From Callorhinchus milii (lineage: Eukaryota), in the NCBI RefSeq assembly GCF_018977255.1, contig NW_024704743.1, forward strand, positions 52,826,001 to 52,890,000: a DNA stretch of 64,000 nt, written 5' to 3'. The first letter of the stretch is position 1. Every line of letters begins with the position of its first letter. Positions 12,850-41,849 of the stretch are shown here, piece by piece. Below the pieces are notes generated by a model. It was given only the letters and a program-made list of their open reading frames with translations. It had not been told where the DNA came from and ran no database searches. Position numbers and translations under genes: made by a program.

Positions 12850-15800
12850 TTATACAGTTTTCAACTGATTGATGTGATGCCAACGGGCATATTTCTTGGT
12901 TTTGTTATGGTATTGTAGTAGGTAAACTGAGGGGCTGGCTTTATGAATGATGGGAAAAGGCTCTTTATACTTGGGACTGAATTGGTGCGCTTCCTTCTCC
13001 CATAATCAAGCACCATTACTGAATCACCAACCTGGTTTAATTTTTTTGTCAAAGCATGTTTGCTTTGGATCTTCCAGTGTTTGTTGCAACAAATTGATCA
13101 GTAACCTATATACAGTCCCTCATTTTTATCACCCAGTTCTCAGTTAAGGCTCTGGTTTGTATGGGTGTCGTCTTGGGAAATATCACTTCACCAAGTGACA
13201 CCATGGCTCTCCCTGTCATAGCCTGATGGGGAGAAATGCCAATTGTGGAGTGAATGGGATTTCTCATAGCCATCAAATACATAGGCAGCATTTTAGTCCA
13301 CAGCACGGGGTGATCTGCACAGAATTTCTTAATCAATGTCCTTCAAGGTCCGATTTCCTCGCTCCACCACTCCTGAAGACTGGGGATGGTGTGAGATGTG
13401 CAATTTCTGTTTGATTCCCAGCATAATTTGCATTTCCGCAAAAATTTTACCTGTTAAGTGCAACCCTTGATCTGAGTCCACTTGTACAGGTATTCCCCAC
13501 CTGCAGATCACTTCACGCAAGAGGACTCATGCTGCTGTTAGCACAGTGTTAGTCCTAGTGGGAAAAGCCTCAAACCATTTTGTAAATTTGTCTAGTATTA
13601 CAAATGCTTAAAACCTCCTTTTGCCTTTATCACCTCAAGGCTGGACTATGGGAACTCTCTCCTCGCCGGCCTTCCCGGCACCTCTCTCCACAAGCTGCAG
13701 GTCATTCAGAACTCTGCAGCTCATGTACTGTCCCGCACCAGGCTCCAGGACCACATCACTCCCACCCTCGCTCGCCTCCACTGGCTCCCCATCCCCCAGA
13801 GGATCGAATTCAAGATCCTCATCCTCACCTACAAGGCCATTCACGGCCTCGCTCCCTCCTACCTCTCTGATCTACTATCCCCCTACCTACCCGCCCATAC
13901 CCTCCATTCCTCTGGCTCCGGTCTGCTCCACATCCCCCGCCCCAACTGCCCTACCATCAGTGGCCGGGCCTTCAGCCTCTCAGCCCCCTCTGGAACTCTA
14001 TCCCCCAGTGCCTTCGCCTTACTTCCTCCCTTTCCTCCTTCAAGGCCGGTCTCAAGACCTTTCTCTTTGACCGTGCCTTCAGCTCCCCTCTCGACTCTCT
14101 ACCCCCTCCTCGCTCCCTCCCCGCCCTCCCCTCACCCTGACCATTTCCCCCTTGCTCGGGTCCTGACCCAATTGTACAGCGCCTTGGGACGTCCTCCCGA
14201 TGTGAAAGGCGCTCTATAAATGGAATCTTGTTGTTGTTGGTGGTGGTAATGGCCCTTTGAAATCAATCTGTACATGGGTCCATCGACCATGGGGTGGGGG
14301 TGCCGATTTAAGGAACGCTCGCCGTCCTCGAGGAGGGGGATTATGCTGCAAACATACCAAACACCAGTGGGTGCACTGCACGATATCCTCTACCACATTT
14401 GGCCATCACATACTATATAAAATTAATTGTGTCGTAACGGTTGCAGAATAGTGACCAGATGTTGGGTGCTTGTGAAATATTGTGAATACTTCCTCTTGCA
14501 GGCTTGGGAGTATGCACACAACTGGGTTTTGGTCTAGGGGCGAGTACATTCAAATTGGTTCAGAAGTAGTCTTTACCTGTCTGGGTTGTCATAGTCAAAG
14601 GGGCCCAGTCACAGTCAGCTGGAGGAGGGTTTCACTTTTTTGTGCCATTGTAACACAACATATGGTTGGTATATTGTCTGTAAAGTTCGAATATCCAAAG
14701 CAGAAGCCTTTTCCACCGATGTGACCTGGATGGTCAAGTAAGGGGGTGGTTTCCACATTGTAGTAGTTCTGGCCACATACTTTGCAGCTTTGTTTGCATC
14801 CGAGTTCCTCTGGGTGTGAGGAGCCGATATCTTTGAATGTCCTTTAATTTTTCCCAGGTGCAAAGGAGTCTTTCGAGCAGAGAGTGTTTCCCAAATGGTT
14901 TGCAACAGCGGCTGGTGTATAAGTGGTTTATCATCAGTCGTCTGGAAGGAATTTGACTGATAAAGGGGTAACAGAGTCACAGTGTTGATCACATAGGTAC
15001 TGTCAGACCAAATATTTGTGGATTTTGTCTGCTGTTTGATTCAAAGCCTCCTGGAAAGCAGCTGGTTCAGCATACTGAGATGAGCGCGGCCGACATTGGT
15101 ACATGATTTGTCTGTTTGGTGGAAGGATGACAGCAAACCCTGTCTGAGGCCGTCCTTTATCGTGGAAGGAAGATCCATCGATATACACATGCTGTCCCTC
15201 TGGAAGAGGTGTAGGGCTCAAGGATGTATGTTGCAACTTGGTGCGTGGGACCGGATACTCGTGGGGGTCTCCGTCATACAGCAGCATATGAGGGAGAAGT
15301 GTTGTTCATTGTGAGGTAATCTCAATGTCCCGCTGTCCTGGGACCAAGGCCCCATCGGTTCAGTCTTTGAGAGGACCCTTGGGGCCTACACATCCAGGTG
15401 TATTGCTGGTTATCAAATGTGAATGTGAATTTAAACTGATCCTCATCTTTGATACGGACACTCCAGAAGCTGTCCAGAAGAAATGTCTAAAGCAGAGAAG
15501 AGACAGGCGTGTCTTGGTAGACTAGTCAATAGGGTCGGGGAATCACTGACCACTGGGGAACAGGACATGTAAATTTATTGAGTTGTCGGTAATCAATTGT
15601 TAAACCTTCAACTCCCATCCGGCTTTCGTACTGGCCATGTGGGCGAGTTGGTGGTGAATGCACCTTCTCGAATGACACCCTGTTTTAATGAGTTAATAGT
15701 ATCAGCTATCTGTATGGGTGGCCATCCCGTGGTATAGGATATTGCTCGCAGGGTTTGTACGGTGGTCCGTTAATGGTCTCAGTAGCAGCTAACTTTCCAC

Positions 15801-15960
15801 AACCATACCTGTGGAGAGCCACCACTGAGGGGTTGGTCGGCAAAGTTTTTGGCCACAGTATTATCTGGGAACTGTATGGGGGGTTTAATTTCACCCTTTT
15901 TAATTTGTGTCTGTGGTGTTCTGCCTTAGTCGATCACAAATTTGGCGAACATGAAGGGAT
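12850..15960 (-). pseudogene. pol: Degenerate retroviral-type pol (RT, tether end, RNase H, integrase) with frameshifts, stops and an internal deletion
   Basis: Motifs across frames. RT: QYPIP, NSPTWPVRKPDGS*R/LTIDYRQLNK, FSALDISS/FWSVRIKDEDQFKFTFTFDNQQYTW. RNase H: YIDGSS, SSQYAE, KIKGHS. Integrase: CLVC, WTHVQIDFKGPLP, DKFTKWFEAFP, RWGIPVQVDSDQG, HHPQSSGVVERGNRTLK, VGDSVMV. Confidence 0.88.
13626..14237 (+). mobile_element. Young 5'-truncated L2 LINE inserted in the integrase
   Basis: FITSRLDY...[24 protein letters not shown] region with a (TTG)n tail. It splits integrase between GPLPP and KGGFKH and is nearly identical to the copies at 50160 and 55022. Confidence 0.9.
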
Positions 15961-17066
15961 TGTATGTGATCTATTTAGTTTAAAGTCTAATTAATGTTCA
16001 TTTAATCCTTGAGGTATAACCATTCATATTCGTGATGTCAGTTGTAACCAGTTATTTTGATGAAACTTACTTATACTATCAAAACAGTGTTCAGATCTGT
16101 GTGTGTATCAATTCAGCCTTCGCTGCTACAGTTTACAGTTGGGGTCCAGCCAGGAGAAGAGTCATGAGGGGCAAAGGAATGTGTGAGAACTTATCACTGA
16201 GGGATACCGATACAATGAACACCATGTGCAGGTTAAGATGAGCAGATCTGAAGGAAGGTAACAATCAAAAGGTAATGTGACTGTAAGAGTCAATACTTTT
16301 AGAAACTGAGTGAAGTTGTCTCGGATCGGGGAGAGAACAGAGGAGGAGCTCTGTGGTCACTCTTGCGAAGGGCTGACCACTCCGACGAAACCACAGAAAC
16401 TCAAGATTGAGAACGACTCCTCGGGGACAGCAGAAAGGCTGAAGGAGGGAGAACGACACGGACTCCGAGTTAAAACTCAGAGACCAGCAAACTGGCAGCT
16501 CTTCCAGTCGATCACTCTGTTCACTGGAGAACTCTGGACTGCGGACTTCAGGGGAAAGATTGACTAAGGCAGAATACCACAGCCACACCAGAGGGAGACA
16601 GGGTAGCCGAGAGAGAGAGAGAGAGAGAAAGAAAAGGAATCCTTGTCACAGACTCCAGAGACCAGTCGGATCTGACCGCTGAACTAGCCTCCTTTCCCAG
16701 CACGCTGCTTCTACCCGAACGGGGTGATTGACTGCTAGTTACCGGTAGTATAGTTTAACACTTCCACGCATCCATGCATAACGCGCCCTCTTTCGCTTAT
16801 AACCTTTGATATTAGGTGATTCAAACTTATGATTTATTGAACTGCATTCGGGATTAGTATGCGACCGACTACGTATATCATCTATTTAGTTTAAAGTCTA
16901 ATGTTCATTTAACCCTTAAGGTATAATCAATCACTAACCCTTATGAGTCTTTCAATATTCGTGATGTCAGTTGCAACCAATTATTTTGATGAAACTTACT
17001 TATACTATCAAAACGGTGTTCAGATCCGTGTGGGTATCAATTCAGCCATCACCGCTACAGTTTACA
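15961..17066 (+). mobile_element. Miniature LTR element: truncated 5' LTR, PBS-like and PPT-like 42-bp core, ~890-bp 3' LTR
   Basis: 15961-16137 is repeated at 16872-17066, both ending CAGTTTACA. TGGGGTCCAGCCAGGAG follows at 16140, then a purine tract GAGGGGCAAAGGAA, then TGTGTG at 16180. Confidence 0.6.
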
Positions 17067-18900
17067 ATCTTCCTATAATCTACAACCATTTAAAGCCCAA
17101 TCTTGGCTAACAAATAACAGAAGGGTTATTTCCTGATGGAGGAGTTAGAATGTATTTTTCTCTTTACTCTCACACTTTTCTGTTTTCTGTCCAAGGACTA
17201 ACAATTATTGTTTAACCGTATGATTGAACTCATTTGGCAATTTCAATTGGTACAGGCTACCATATCTCTCAAAGTGCAGTTATTACAACATAGTAACTGC
17301 TAGTTTTATTTACATTGAACTTCAAGCAGAAGCATAACATTAGGTAAATACCGAAGAGCACGCTTTTCAAATGAAACTAAACATAAAGTTATTAATGGGT
17401 TGGTTTACCCATGTGTAAGATTGGCTGCAGTTAGACACTCAGTTCAGTAAGTGAAAGTTCCTTAATGGCTTGAGTGAATTTGGCTTTATTAGAATCTTCC
17501 GCTCTCCCTCAGTTGGGGGCTGGGGAAATGCAAGTAAAAGCAGCAGATGAGAATTTGGAGCCTACAGGCTACCCTTGAATCAACTAGCCAAGAACTGAAT
17601 GAAAGGCATAAGCGTATCTGCAAAGTTTAAGTACTAATGGTTTCTAGTCCTAAGCAAGTCTTTGCTGTATGAACAGCTAAAACAGCAGGTGCACCCACAG
17701 GTCACCAGCAATAGCTCACCAAGTATTTCACAGAATTATTATTATTTAATAATTTAGATCACCTCCCCACCCCACTTTAGCTTTCTGCTTCAGCAAAAAC
17801 ATTCCCAGTTTTGTAATTTTCTCCACATAAGCATAATACCCTTGGATTCATCCAGTGCATTGATAACTGTGGTGCTCTTTCTATAAATGGGCTGTCCAAA
17901 ACTAGATGCAATGCACGACTTGAGATCTGATCATGCCTCCTTGCTCTTACAGTGAATGTTTTATCTCCAGATCTAAATATCTTTACAAGTTAAAGCCACT
18001 TGAGTTTCATACTGCACTGATATCCCCCAGGTACTTTCACCTTTCCTGGGAGTCAAATAATTAATGACAGGCCAAAGTTACAACCGAAGGGAGTAAATAA
18101 CAGCTATTTTTTTAAATTTGTAATCCTTTCTGATACCTCTAATTATAATAGTCAACCTTGTATTTGGTATAGTGCCTTCCACGTCAGGGGGATGTCCCAT
18201 CACGCTCACACGATATACTGTAAAAACTGTGTGTTTTTGGGCTAAATTCTCAAACATGTGACATCTGCCTTATATTGTCTATTTCTAGTTAGAAATTTAT
18301 AATAAAATATTCTATCTTTTGATAAGTACAATCCTTTTCATGCAGCATATAGCTATGTCTTGAAGAGCCATTCTTATATATTATTTTGTACAAAGAAATT
18401 ATTGCATGTCTTAAACAGACAAGTACAGGAAAATACAGTACATTGTGTCTGAGACCCAAAGATCCATCATCAAACAAATTCTGATGATAAAAAAGGAAAT
18501 TCCATTTCACTTTGTGCACTGTACATCAATGACTTTTTATTTCAGAAATGTTCAATTTTATTAAAACGATAATATCTACCATATCTGCAATTTTGCGAGC
18601 ATTGCTTACTGATACAAATTGTTTTCCATAACAGATGTGACAGCCATTTAAAAGGAAATATAATTTATTACACATTTCCCAACGGAAATCAAAATGCTGA
18701 AATGCTAAATAGAAACATGTTATGATTTTATTTTAAATAATAATAATCCTTGCATGTTTGGAAAGATATTTACAGTATTATATACTGACTTCTTTTTAAA
18801 CACAGTCATTGAAATTTCAACACAGAAGGAGGTCAACTTAGACCATTGATATCCCTCTCCTAGACTGCACAATATTAAGCCAATAATTATTAGTCATTGG

Positions 18901-19282
18901 GAGTCCTGTACCATATTGGTTAGAGCACTCATCGCACAAGCGAGAGGATGTGGGTTCAATTCCCGGGCATGGTGAAATGTTAGGCAAGTTTCCTTACTCC
19001 ACACGCTTCTGTTTACCTAGCAGTAAGTAAGAATCCTGTTGTCAATCGATTGGCAGATCACTCTTCAAGAGGTAATAATCCCTAGAAAAATAAATAAAAT
19101 AATAATAATAATTTGGACATCCAATCCATGTTTGTGGGACAGTGCTGTGCACAGTGGCTGTTGCATTTCGCCCACAAAATATACAGTCAATTCACTTAAC
19201 AGTTTATTCTGTGAAGCGCTTTGAGACATCTCAAAGATGTGATAAGGTACTATATCAAACACAAGGATTATTATTATTATTA
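18901..19282 (+). mobile_element. Full-length tRNA-derived Deu-type SINE
   Basis: tRNA-like head with A/B boxes (tggttagagc, gggttcaattccc), central tgtttgtgggac..tgctgtgc domain, L2-like tail, (TTA)n end. Confidence 0.85.
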
Positions 19283-19679
19283 GTTATAGTTACTTCATAT
19301 CCAGCTGCAGGTATGTGGGCTCTGAATTCTTTTCCTGTGAATAGCTGTGTCTTTCATTGCTAAGAGTGAGGCTAAGAACGTACCTGATGCCTGGATGCTG
19401 TGCAGGGTTCTGTTATTTACTCCTTCAGTGGCATTCTGGTCTGCCACTATTTAGTTGTTTCCTAGGGTAAGGGAAAGTGCTTGGTGGATACAATAGGAAA
19501 CTTGAATGGCTTCAATTCATAAAGAGATGATTAGCTCTAGGGATAAAGATTTGTTGACTTGGGGCCAAATCATTGGGCTGTTGGAGTAAATAACATTTCA
19601 GTTTGAGCCACAAATGACCCCAAACCTTCGATTTACCACCTCAGCTATTGTGGTGGGAAAGCAAGCTTCTACTCAATAA

Positions 19680-20085
19680 CAACAACAACTTGGATTTATA
19701 TAGCGCCCTCCACCCGGACGGCATCTCAGAGCGCTTCATAGTAACGGATCCCGGGGCTGAGCCAGGGGGAGGGGGAGGAAGGTGACGAAAGGCGCGGTCG
19801 AAAAGAAAAGTCTTCAGCAGAGACCTGAAAGTAGGAAGAGGGGGCGAGGCGAAGGGAGTTCCAGAGCCGCGGGGCATAGTGGCTGAAAGCACGGCTGCCG
19901 AGGGTGGAGCGGAAGATTCAGGGGACAAGGAGGAGGCCAGGCGCGGAGGAATGAAGGTAACGGGCACTGTTTTGAGGAGAGAGGAGGTCAGAGAGGTCGG
20001 GGGGTGCAGAGGAGTGGAGGGATTTGAAGACAAGGGTGAGGATCTTGAAGTCGATCCTCTCTGGGACAGGCAGCCAGTGCAGTCT
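19680..20085 (-). mobile_element. L2 LINE 3' fragment
   Basis: [15 protein letters not shown]-terminus with a (TTG)n tail on the - strand. Confidence 0.85.
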
Positions 20086-20613
20086 TCATTGATTTCTGAT
20101 GCCTTTGGCACCAAGTGACTCATTTTTTAAAAAAAATCTTGTTAGTTTTAGAGGCTTTATGTCTCTGGCTCACTGAACAAAGTAACATAGTTCTGACATG
20201 ATGGGATAGTCTGAATCAGATGTCAGATGAGTGTTTGTGCCATTTCTGCATTCTGCAATATCCACAGTTATAATCTGCACTACTCCCTTAATTTAATGTT
20301 GTGACATTTCCTGCCACAAACCATAAGAACTGGCTGCCAGGCTTTGTATGCCTGGGTGGTGGTTGTGGCATTGAGTGACGGCATACACAGACGGGGCACA
20401 GGATTGTATAAGTCAAGACATCTGTCAGCCAGACCATTGTTCATTTGTGGACACAAAAGAAACTCGGTGAATTGTTACTTGTTTATCATAGCAGTACGAC
20501 TTATTTATTCGATTCCAATTCTTTTTAAATGTAAGAAACAGAATATTTTTGTTTACTTTAATTCATCAAGGTTACTTTAGCAATATTCTTAACTCACCAT
20601 TGGGTTAAGGTTG

Positions 20614-21010
20614 TCAGCCTGGATCAGTTGGTCGCACTCACACTTCTGAGTCAGACGTTTGTGGGTTCAAGAACCAGTTCAGGATTTCAACCAGAATTCA
20701 ACCTGTTGCATTGTTGCAGATGTCGTCCTTCAGATGATATGTTCAACCGAGGTCCTATCTGCCTGCTCAGGTTCCTTAAAGATCCCTTTGCATTAGCCGG
20801 AAAGAGAAGGGAATTTCTCCCTGTATCACAATAATTCCCCAGATAAAATTCGTCAGTCACTTCATGGCTGTTTTGGGGACATTTGCTGTGCACAAATTGG
20901 CTGCTGCATTTACATACAAAATAAACAACCACTATACTTTACTGCAAATTCTGTGAAGCACTTTTGAGACATGTTCCTGTTGTGAAACGTGTTGTACTAA
21001 TCCAAACTTT
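20614..21010 (+). mobile_element. Second, older Deu-type SINE family (similar copies ~22500, 28570, 31228, 34575, 43300, 58273; reverse ~49530-49905, 53390-53715)
   Basis: Head cagcctgg.tcagttgg..gcactc....tctgagtcaga....tgtgggttcaag recurs through the window, followed by the shared central domain. Confidence 0.75.
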
Positions 21011-23514
21011 TTTTTATTTTCCATTATTTACTCAAGAATTCCTTGCATTAGATTAAGTCTAATTTGGTGTTGTATAAACCATGTGTAAATATGCCTGTAC
21101 AGATGGAATCACAGGCTTTCATTTTGTAATTAACCAATTAAAAAGATTACAGAAACACCTGTAATTCTTTTCATTTCCTGCATAAATAGGAACATCTGTA
21201 ATTCCCTCAGTACATGTGTTAATGCATGGTTTGCACAACTTGCAAATTAGGCCATAATATCCAATGTATTACCTTAACCCAACTATCATTCCAGCACACA
21301 TGCCACCTGGGAAATGAAATCAGGATGCAGATGGGGAGGAATTTAAAGCTGCATTCTGTACATACCTCCCAACTCAAGAATCCAGGCTCTTGGCAAAATA
21401 GCAAGAGTTCTGCTTGAAGTTCATTTAGTATAAATAAAATCTAGTTATAATTTGCTCACAAATACATAGTAACCACACTTTAGTGTAAAATCCTGTGAAG
21501 CACTTTGAGGCATTTTGATGATAACACACTTATCAAATCAAGGATTATTATTATTCTATATTTTTATTTGGTAGTCTGTAGCAACAATACCCAATACAAT
21601 ATATAGGATGGGAATCCTTTACTAATGCAATTCAGAGCATCCAGAATTTGGCAAATTCTTAATTTTGAAGCAGTTCTGTAAGAACTACAGAAAACTGGCT
21701 TCAAAATTAACCTGGCTGTAAATCCACCAATTTGTCAAATTCTGAACATTGTAGAATATAATTAATATGGTGAATAGAGACCAGGTGGAATGTTACCCCA
21801 GTAATCACTTTAATATTAATGAGAAGTAGAGACCAATTTAATTCCTGTGATTCAAGTTTGATATGATAAAAAAATTCTTCTGCATGGAATTTCATATGTA
21901 GAAGAGGCTTATAATAATAATAATAGTGTTAACTGGCTTTCTTAGTTTAGTGACACCCCTCCTGTATGTAGGACATTGCTGTGTGCAATTGTGCTGTCAC
22001 GTTTGTTTACAAATACAGTCCCTCCATTTCACAGTAAATCCTGTGAAGCGATTTGAGACGTCCTTCTAACATAAGTTGTTATACCAAATGCAAGGACTAT
22101 TATTAGTTTTTTTAAAATACATAGTCACTTCACCTTACTTTAAATTCTGTGAAGCATTTTGAGACATCCTCCCAACTTGAAAGGCGTTTTATCATATGCA
22201 GGATTATTACAACATAATAAAACTCCATTTACAGTAAAAATCCGTTAAAGTTCCAGGTTATTTGCTTCAAACAAATATAAGCTTGGGGGAAAGGGGTAAA
22301 TCTGAAATTGCTTAGCTAATAAAAATAGTAGATGAGTCTCAAAAACCAATACACACTAATTAATGTCTCTTATCATAATGCATCTAAACTCTGTTCATTG
22401 ACTCTACCTCTTAACTACACTAAAGTGCTCATTCCATTGCAGCTAAAAGAAATGAACCCTGTAAGGGGGATTGCTCACATTTGTACTTTTCAAGGGTTTC
22501 AGCTTGGCTCAGGTAGCAGCACTCTCATCTCTGAGTCAGAAAGTTGTGGGTTCAAACTCCACGTCAATGTTTGGGCTGGCAGTCAGAGAGCAGTACTAGT
22601 GAAATGCTTCACTGTCAGAGGTACTGTCATCAGATAAGTCATTTAACCAAAATCCTACCCAGCCTTTGAGGTGTTAAAGATCCCATGACCCATTCAAAAG
22701 AAACCAATGTCTTTTCTACCAGTATCCTGACCAATAATCCTTCATATTAATTTGTCATTCGCCCCATGGTTGTTTGTAGTACTTTGCTAAGAGAAAATAG
22801 CTGCCTTGTTTAATTAAAAATGTAATAATAATCCTTGCATTTGATATAGCGCTTTTCACATCTTCTAGACGTCTCAAAGAGCTTCACAAAATAGACTATA
22901 AAGTGAATTGACTGTATATTTGTGGGCGAAATGCAATTATATTTAACAATAATATCCCTCAAAATAAATATCAGAAGACACAACAGTAACATCTTATGTA
23001 CTCATTGCATTACTGTAAAACACTCTGAGACATTTTCTGCGTAAAGTGCAATAAATAACGCAAGGTTTTTCTAATATTCTTGAAACCCAGCCAATGATGA
23101 AGAGTATAGTTTATATATCTTTGTAAGATACTACCGATCAGCTGGATAGATAAAGCACTGAACCAAATAGTTAAGAGAAGAAACAAAACAGCTGCCAGCA
23201 GACTAATTTGTAAAGAAAACATGTTTTAGTTGACAAGAATGATTTATTCAACATACAAAACTACAAATTGTTGCATCTTGCACTGAAATCACAGCCCAAT
23301 GGATAGGGAAGCATAGAAAGCCAAGAATAACCTGTCAAACACTCTAGAGGACATGCCAGAAAATTACCCCAATACAGAAATGCAGCAACAGCCAAATGTA
23401 GGGAGGATTTTAAGTCATGACCTAAATGTAGAATCCTTCAAATGCAGTCCAGCTACATGGTTTCAGCTAGCTAAACTCCAGCAAAACCTTTGAAACCATT
23501 AAGCTGACAATACA

Positions 23515-23860
23515 ATAATACTTGCATTTGATATTGCCCCTTATCACATTGTTGAAGCGTCTCAAAGTGTTTCACAGAATGTATTGCAAAGTGGATTGAC
23601 TGTGTATTTTGTGGGTTAAACGCAGCAGCCAATTACCTACAATCGTGTCTCACAAACAGTTGTGGATTGAGTGACCAAACTTTTTGTTTTAAGGGATTAT
23701 TTTCCCCGGAAAGCAATCTAACAACCGGGTTTTTACTTACTGCTAGGTAAATAGAGGTGTGTGAAGTAAGGGAACTTGCCTAAGGTTTAACCCCATCCGG
23801 GAATCAAACCCGGGTCCTTTCGCTTGCAAGACAAGCGAGCTAACCACTGCTCTACTGGAG
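23515..23860 (-). mobile_element. tRNA-derived Deu-type SINE
   Basis: Reverse complement of the 18901 family, including the tRNA head. Confidence 0.8.
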
Positions 23861-23884
23861 TCCAGTTCAATGCCGGCAATTGTG

Positions 23885-24425
23885 ATTCATCCCCAACTCC
23901 TCCCTCCACAGACTGCAGATCATCCAGAACTCTGTAGCCCATTTCCTCTCCCGCACCAGGCTCCGTGGCCCTATCACCCCTCATCCTCGCCCGACTCCAC
24001 TGGCTTCCCATCACACAGAAGGTACAGTTCAATATCCTGGTCCTCACCTTCAAAGCCCTCCATGGTCTTGCTCCCCCTTATCTCTGCGACCTCCTAAACC
24101 TCTACCACCCTGCCCGCTGCCTCCACTCAGCAGCTCCAGCCTGCTTCACGCTCCCCGCCTCGCTCGCCCCACTAATGGCGAGCAGGCCTTCTGCCACTCT
24201 GCCCCAACCCTCTAGAACTCCATCCCGCAGTCCCTCCACCTCGCCCCCCTCGGCTGCTACCTTCAAGACTCATCTCAAGACCTTTCTCTTCGACCTTGCC
24301 TTCGGTCACCCTCCTACACCTCCCCACCCACCTTCCCCAATCCCCAGCTCGGGTGCGGATCCCTGACTGTCTGGGGACATCCTCCTGACGTGAAAGGCGC
24401 TTTACAAATGTCATTTGTTGTTGTT
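23885..24425 (+). mobile_element. L2 LINE 3' fragment
   Basis: [47 protein letters not shown], (TTG)n tail. Confidence 0.88.
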
Positions 24426-24747
24426 GGGGGTTTCTTTTGGATCAGATGTTGAGCTGCTGTGCTGTCAGCTGTCCTGTTCTGTCCTTTGTACCGGGATCCT
24501 GATGAATAATCCTTCACTATTCAGTAAATGTTAAAGATCCCGAGGTACAATTTGAGAAGTGAAGGGAGTTTCTCCCGATGCCCCTCAAACAGATCAAAAC
24601 AACGTTGACATTTATATAAACTGTACCAACACACAGTCAAATCCACGTTAGTGTATATCCTGGGAAGCGCTTTGAGAGTCTGGATGATGATAAGGCGCTA
24701 TATCAAATGCAAGGATTATTATTGTTAGGACAACAAACCGTTTACCC

Positions 24748-25786
24748 CTGACTGACTGACACTGACTGACACACACTGACTGACACACACTGACTGACTG
24801 ACACTGACTGACACACACTGACTGACTGACACTGACACACACTGACTGACACACACTGACTGACTGACACTGACTGACACACACTGACTGACACACACTG
24901 ACTGACTGACACTGACACACACTGACTGACACACACTGACTGACTGACACACACTGACTGACTGACACTGACTGACACACACTGACTGACACACACTGAC
25001 TGACACACACTGACTGACTGACACTGACACTGACTGACACACACTGACTGACACACACTGACTGACTGACACTGACTGACACACACTGACTGACACACAC
25101 TGACTGACTGACACTGACTGACACACACTGACTGACACTCACTGACCACACTGACTGACACACACTGACTGACTGACACACACTGACTGACACACACTGA
25201 CTGACACACACACTGACTGACTGACTGACTGACACACCACACTGACTGACACACACACTGACTGACACACACACACCTGACTGACACACACACTGACTGA
25301 CTGACACACACACTGACTGACTGACACACACACTGACTGACTGACTGACACACACACTGACTGACTGACACACACACTGACTGACTGACACTGACTGACA
25401 CACACTGACTGACACACACACACTGACACACACACACTGACTGACACACACTGACTGACACACACTGACTGACACACACTGACTGATACACACACACTGA
25501 CACACACACACTGACACACACACACTGACTGACACACACACACTGACTGACTGACACACACTGACACACACACACTGACTGACACACACTGACTGACACA
25601 CACTGACTGACTGACTGACACTGACACACACTGACTGACTGACTGACACTGACACACACTGACTGACTGACACTGACTGACACACACACTGACTGACACA
25701 CACACTGACACACACACACTGACTGACTGACACACACTGACTGACACACACTGACACACACTGACTGACACACACACACTGACTGA
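24748..25786. repeat. Compound (CTGA)n/(CA)n microsatellite, ~1.04 kb
   Basis: Directly visible. It produces the spurious SQCVSV ORFs in the track. Confidence 0.97.
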
Positions 25787-26287
25787 GACGCGGCAATGCT
25801 GCGCGTTACAGCCGAGCAAATCCTCTTTCAGCGCTTGAGAAAGCTGGGCGATTCCTCCCGCCCAGTAGGGGGCGCCGCTGGCAGCCGCCGCCGCCGCCGG
25901 CCATGTGGCCCGGATTGTGCGGGTTCACTCCGAATTGGGCGGGTTTTGCTGGTAACTGCGCGTGAAAAAAAACGGCTTTGGGCGGGTGCCCCGTTTCGAA
26001 AACAAGTTAAAACGGTTAAAACTTCCCCTTTTTTTCCCCCCTTTTTGAATACTTTTTTTTCAGCAAATACACAGTTTCAGCAGAACAAACCTACACCGCC
26101 CCCGCCGCCCCCCCACCCCCCCCCCCGGGGCGGAACATTGGGCTATTTCGGGGCTACAAACGGGCTGCCGACAAACCCGCTGACGTCACTGCGCCGGGCC
26201 AGCGCCAGGTCGGCGTGACGAGTTTCCGGTTCCGGTGTGCTCGAGCGGCGGCGGCGGCGGCGGCGCCGGACTGATCCCAAACACAAA

Positions 26288-41849
<15,562 letters not shown>

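Noticed and set aside
17067..17200. MVVDYRK-like RT motif on the - strand after the LTR
   Set aside because: Too short and interrupted to support as a continuation of pol.
24648..25819. Long Ser/Val/Cys/Gln-rich ORFs (226-382 aa) on the - strand
   Set aside because: They are translations of the (CTGA/CA)n satellite, which lacks stops on that strand; there is no gene structure.
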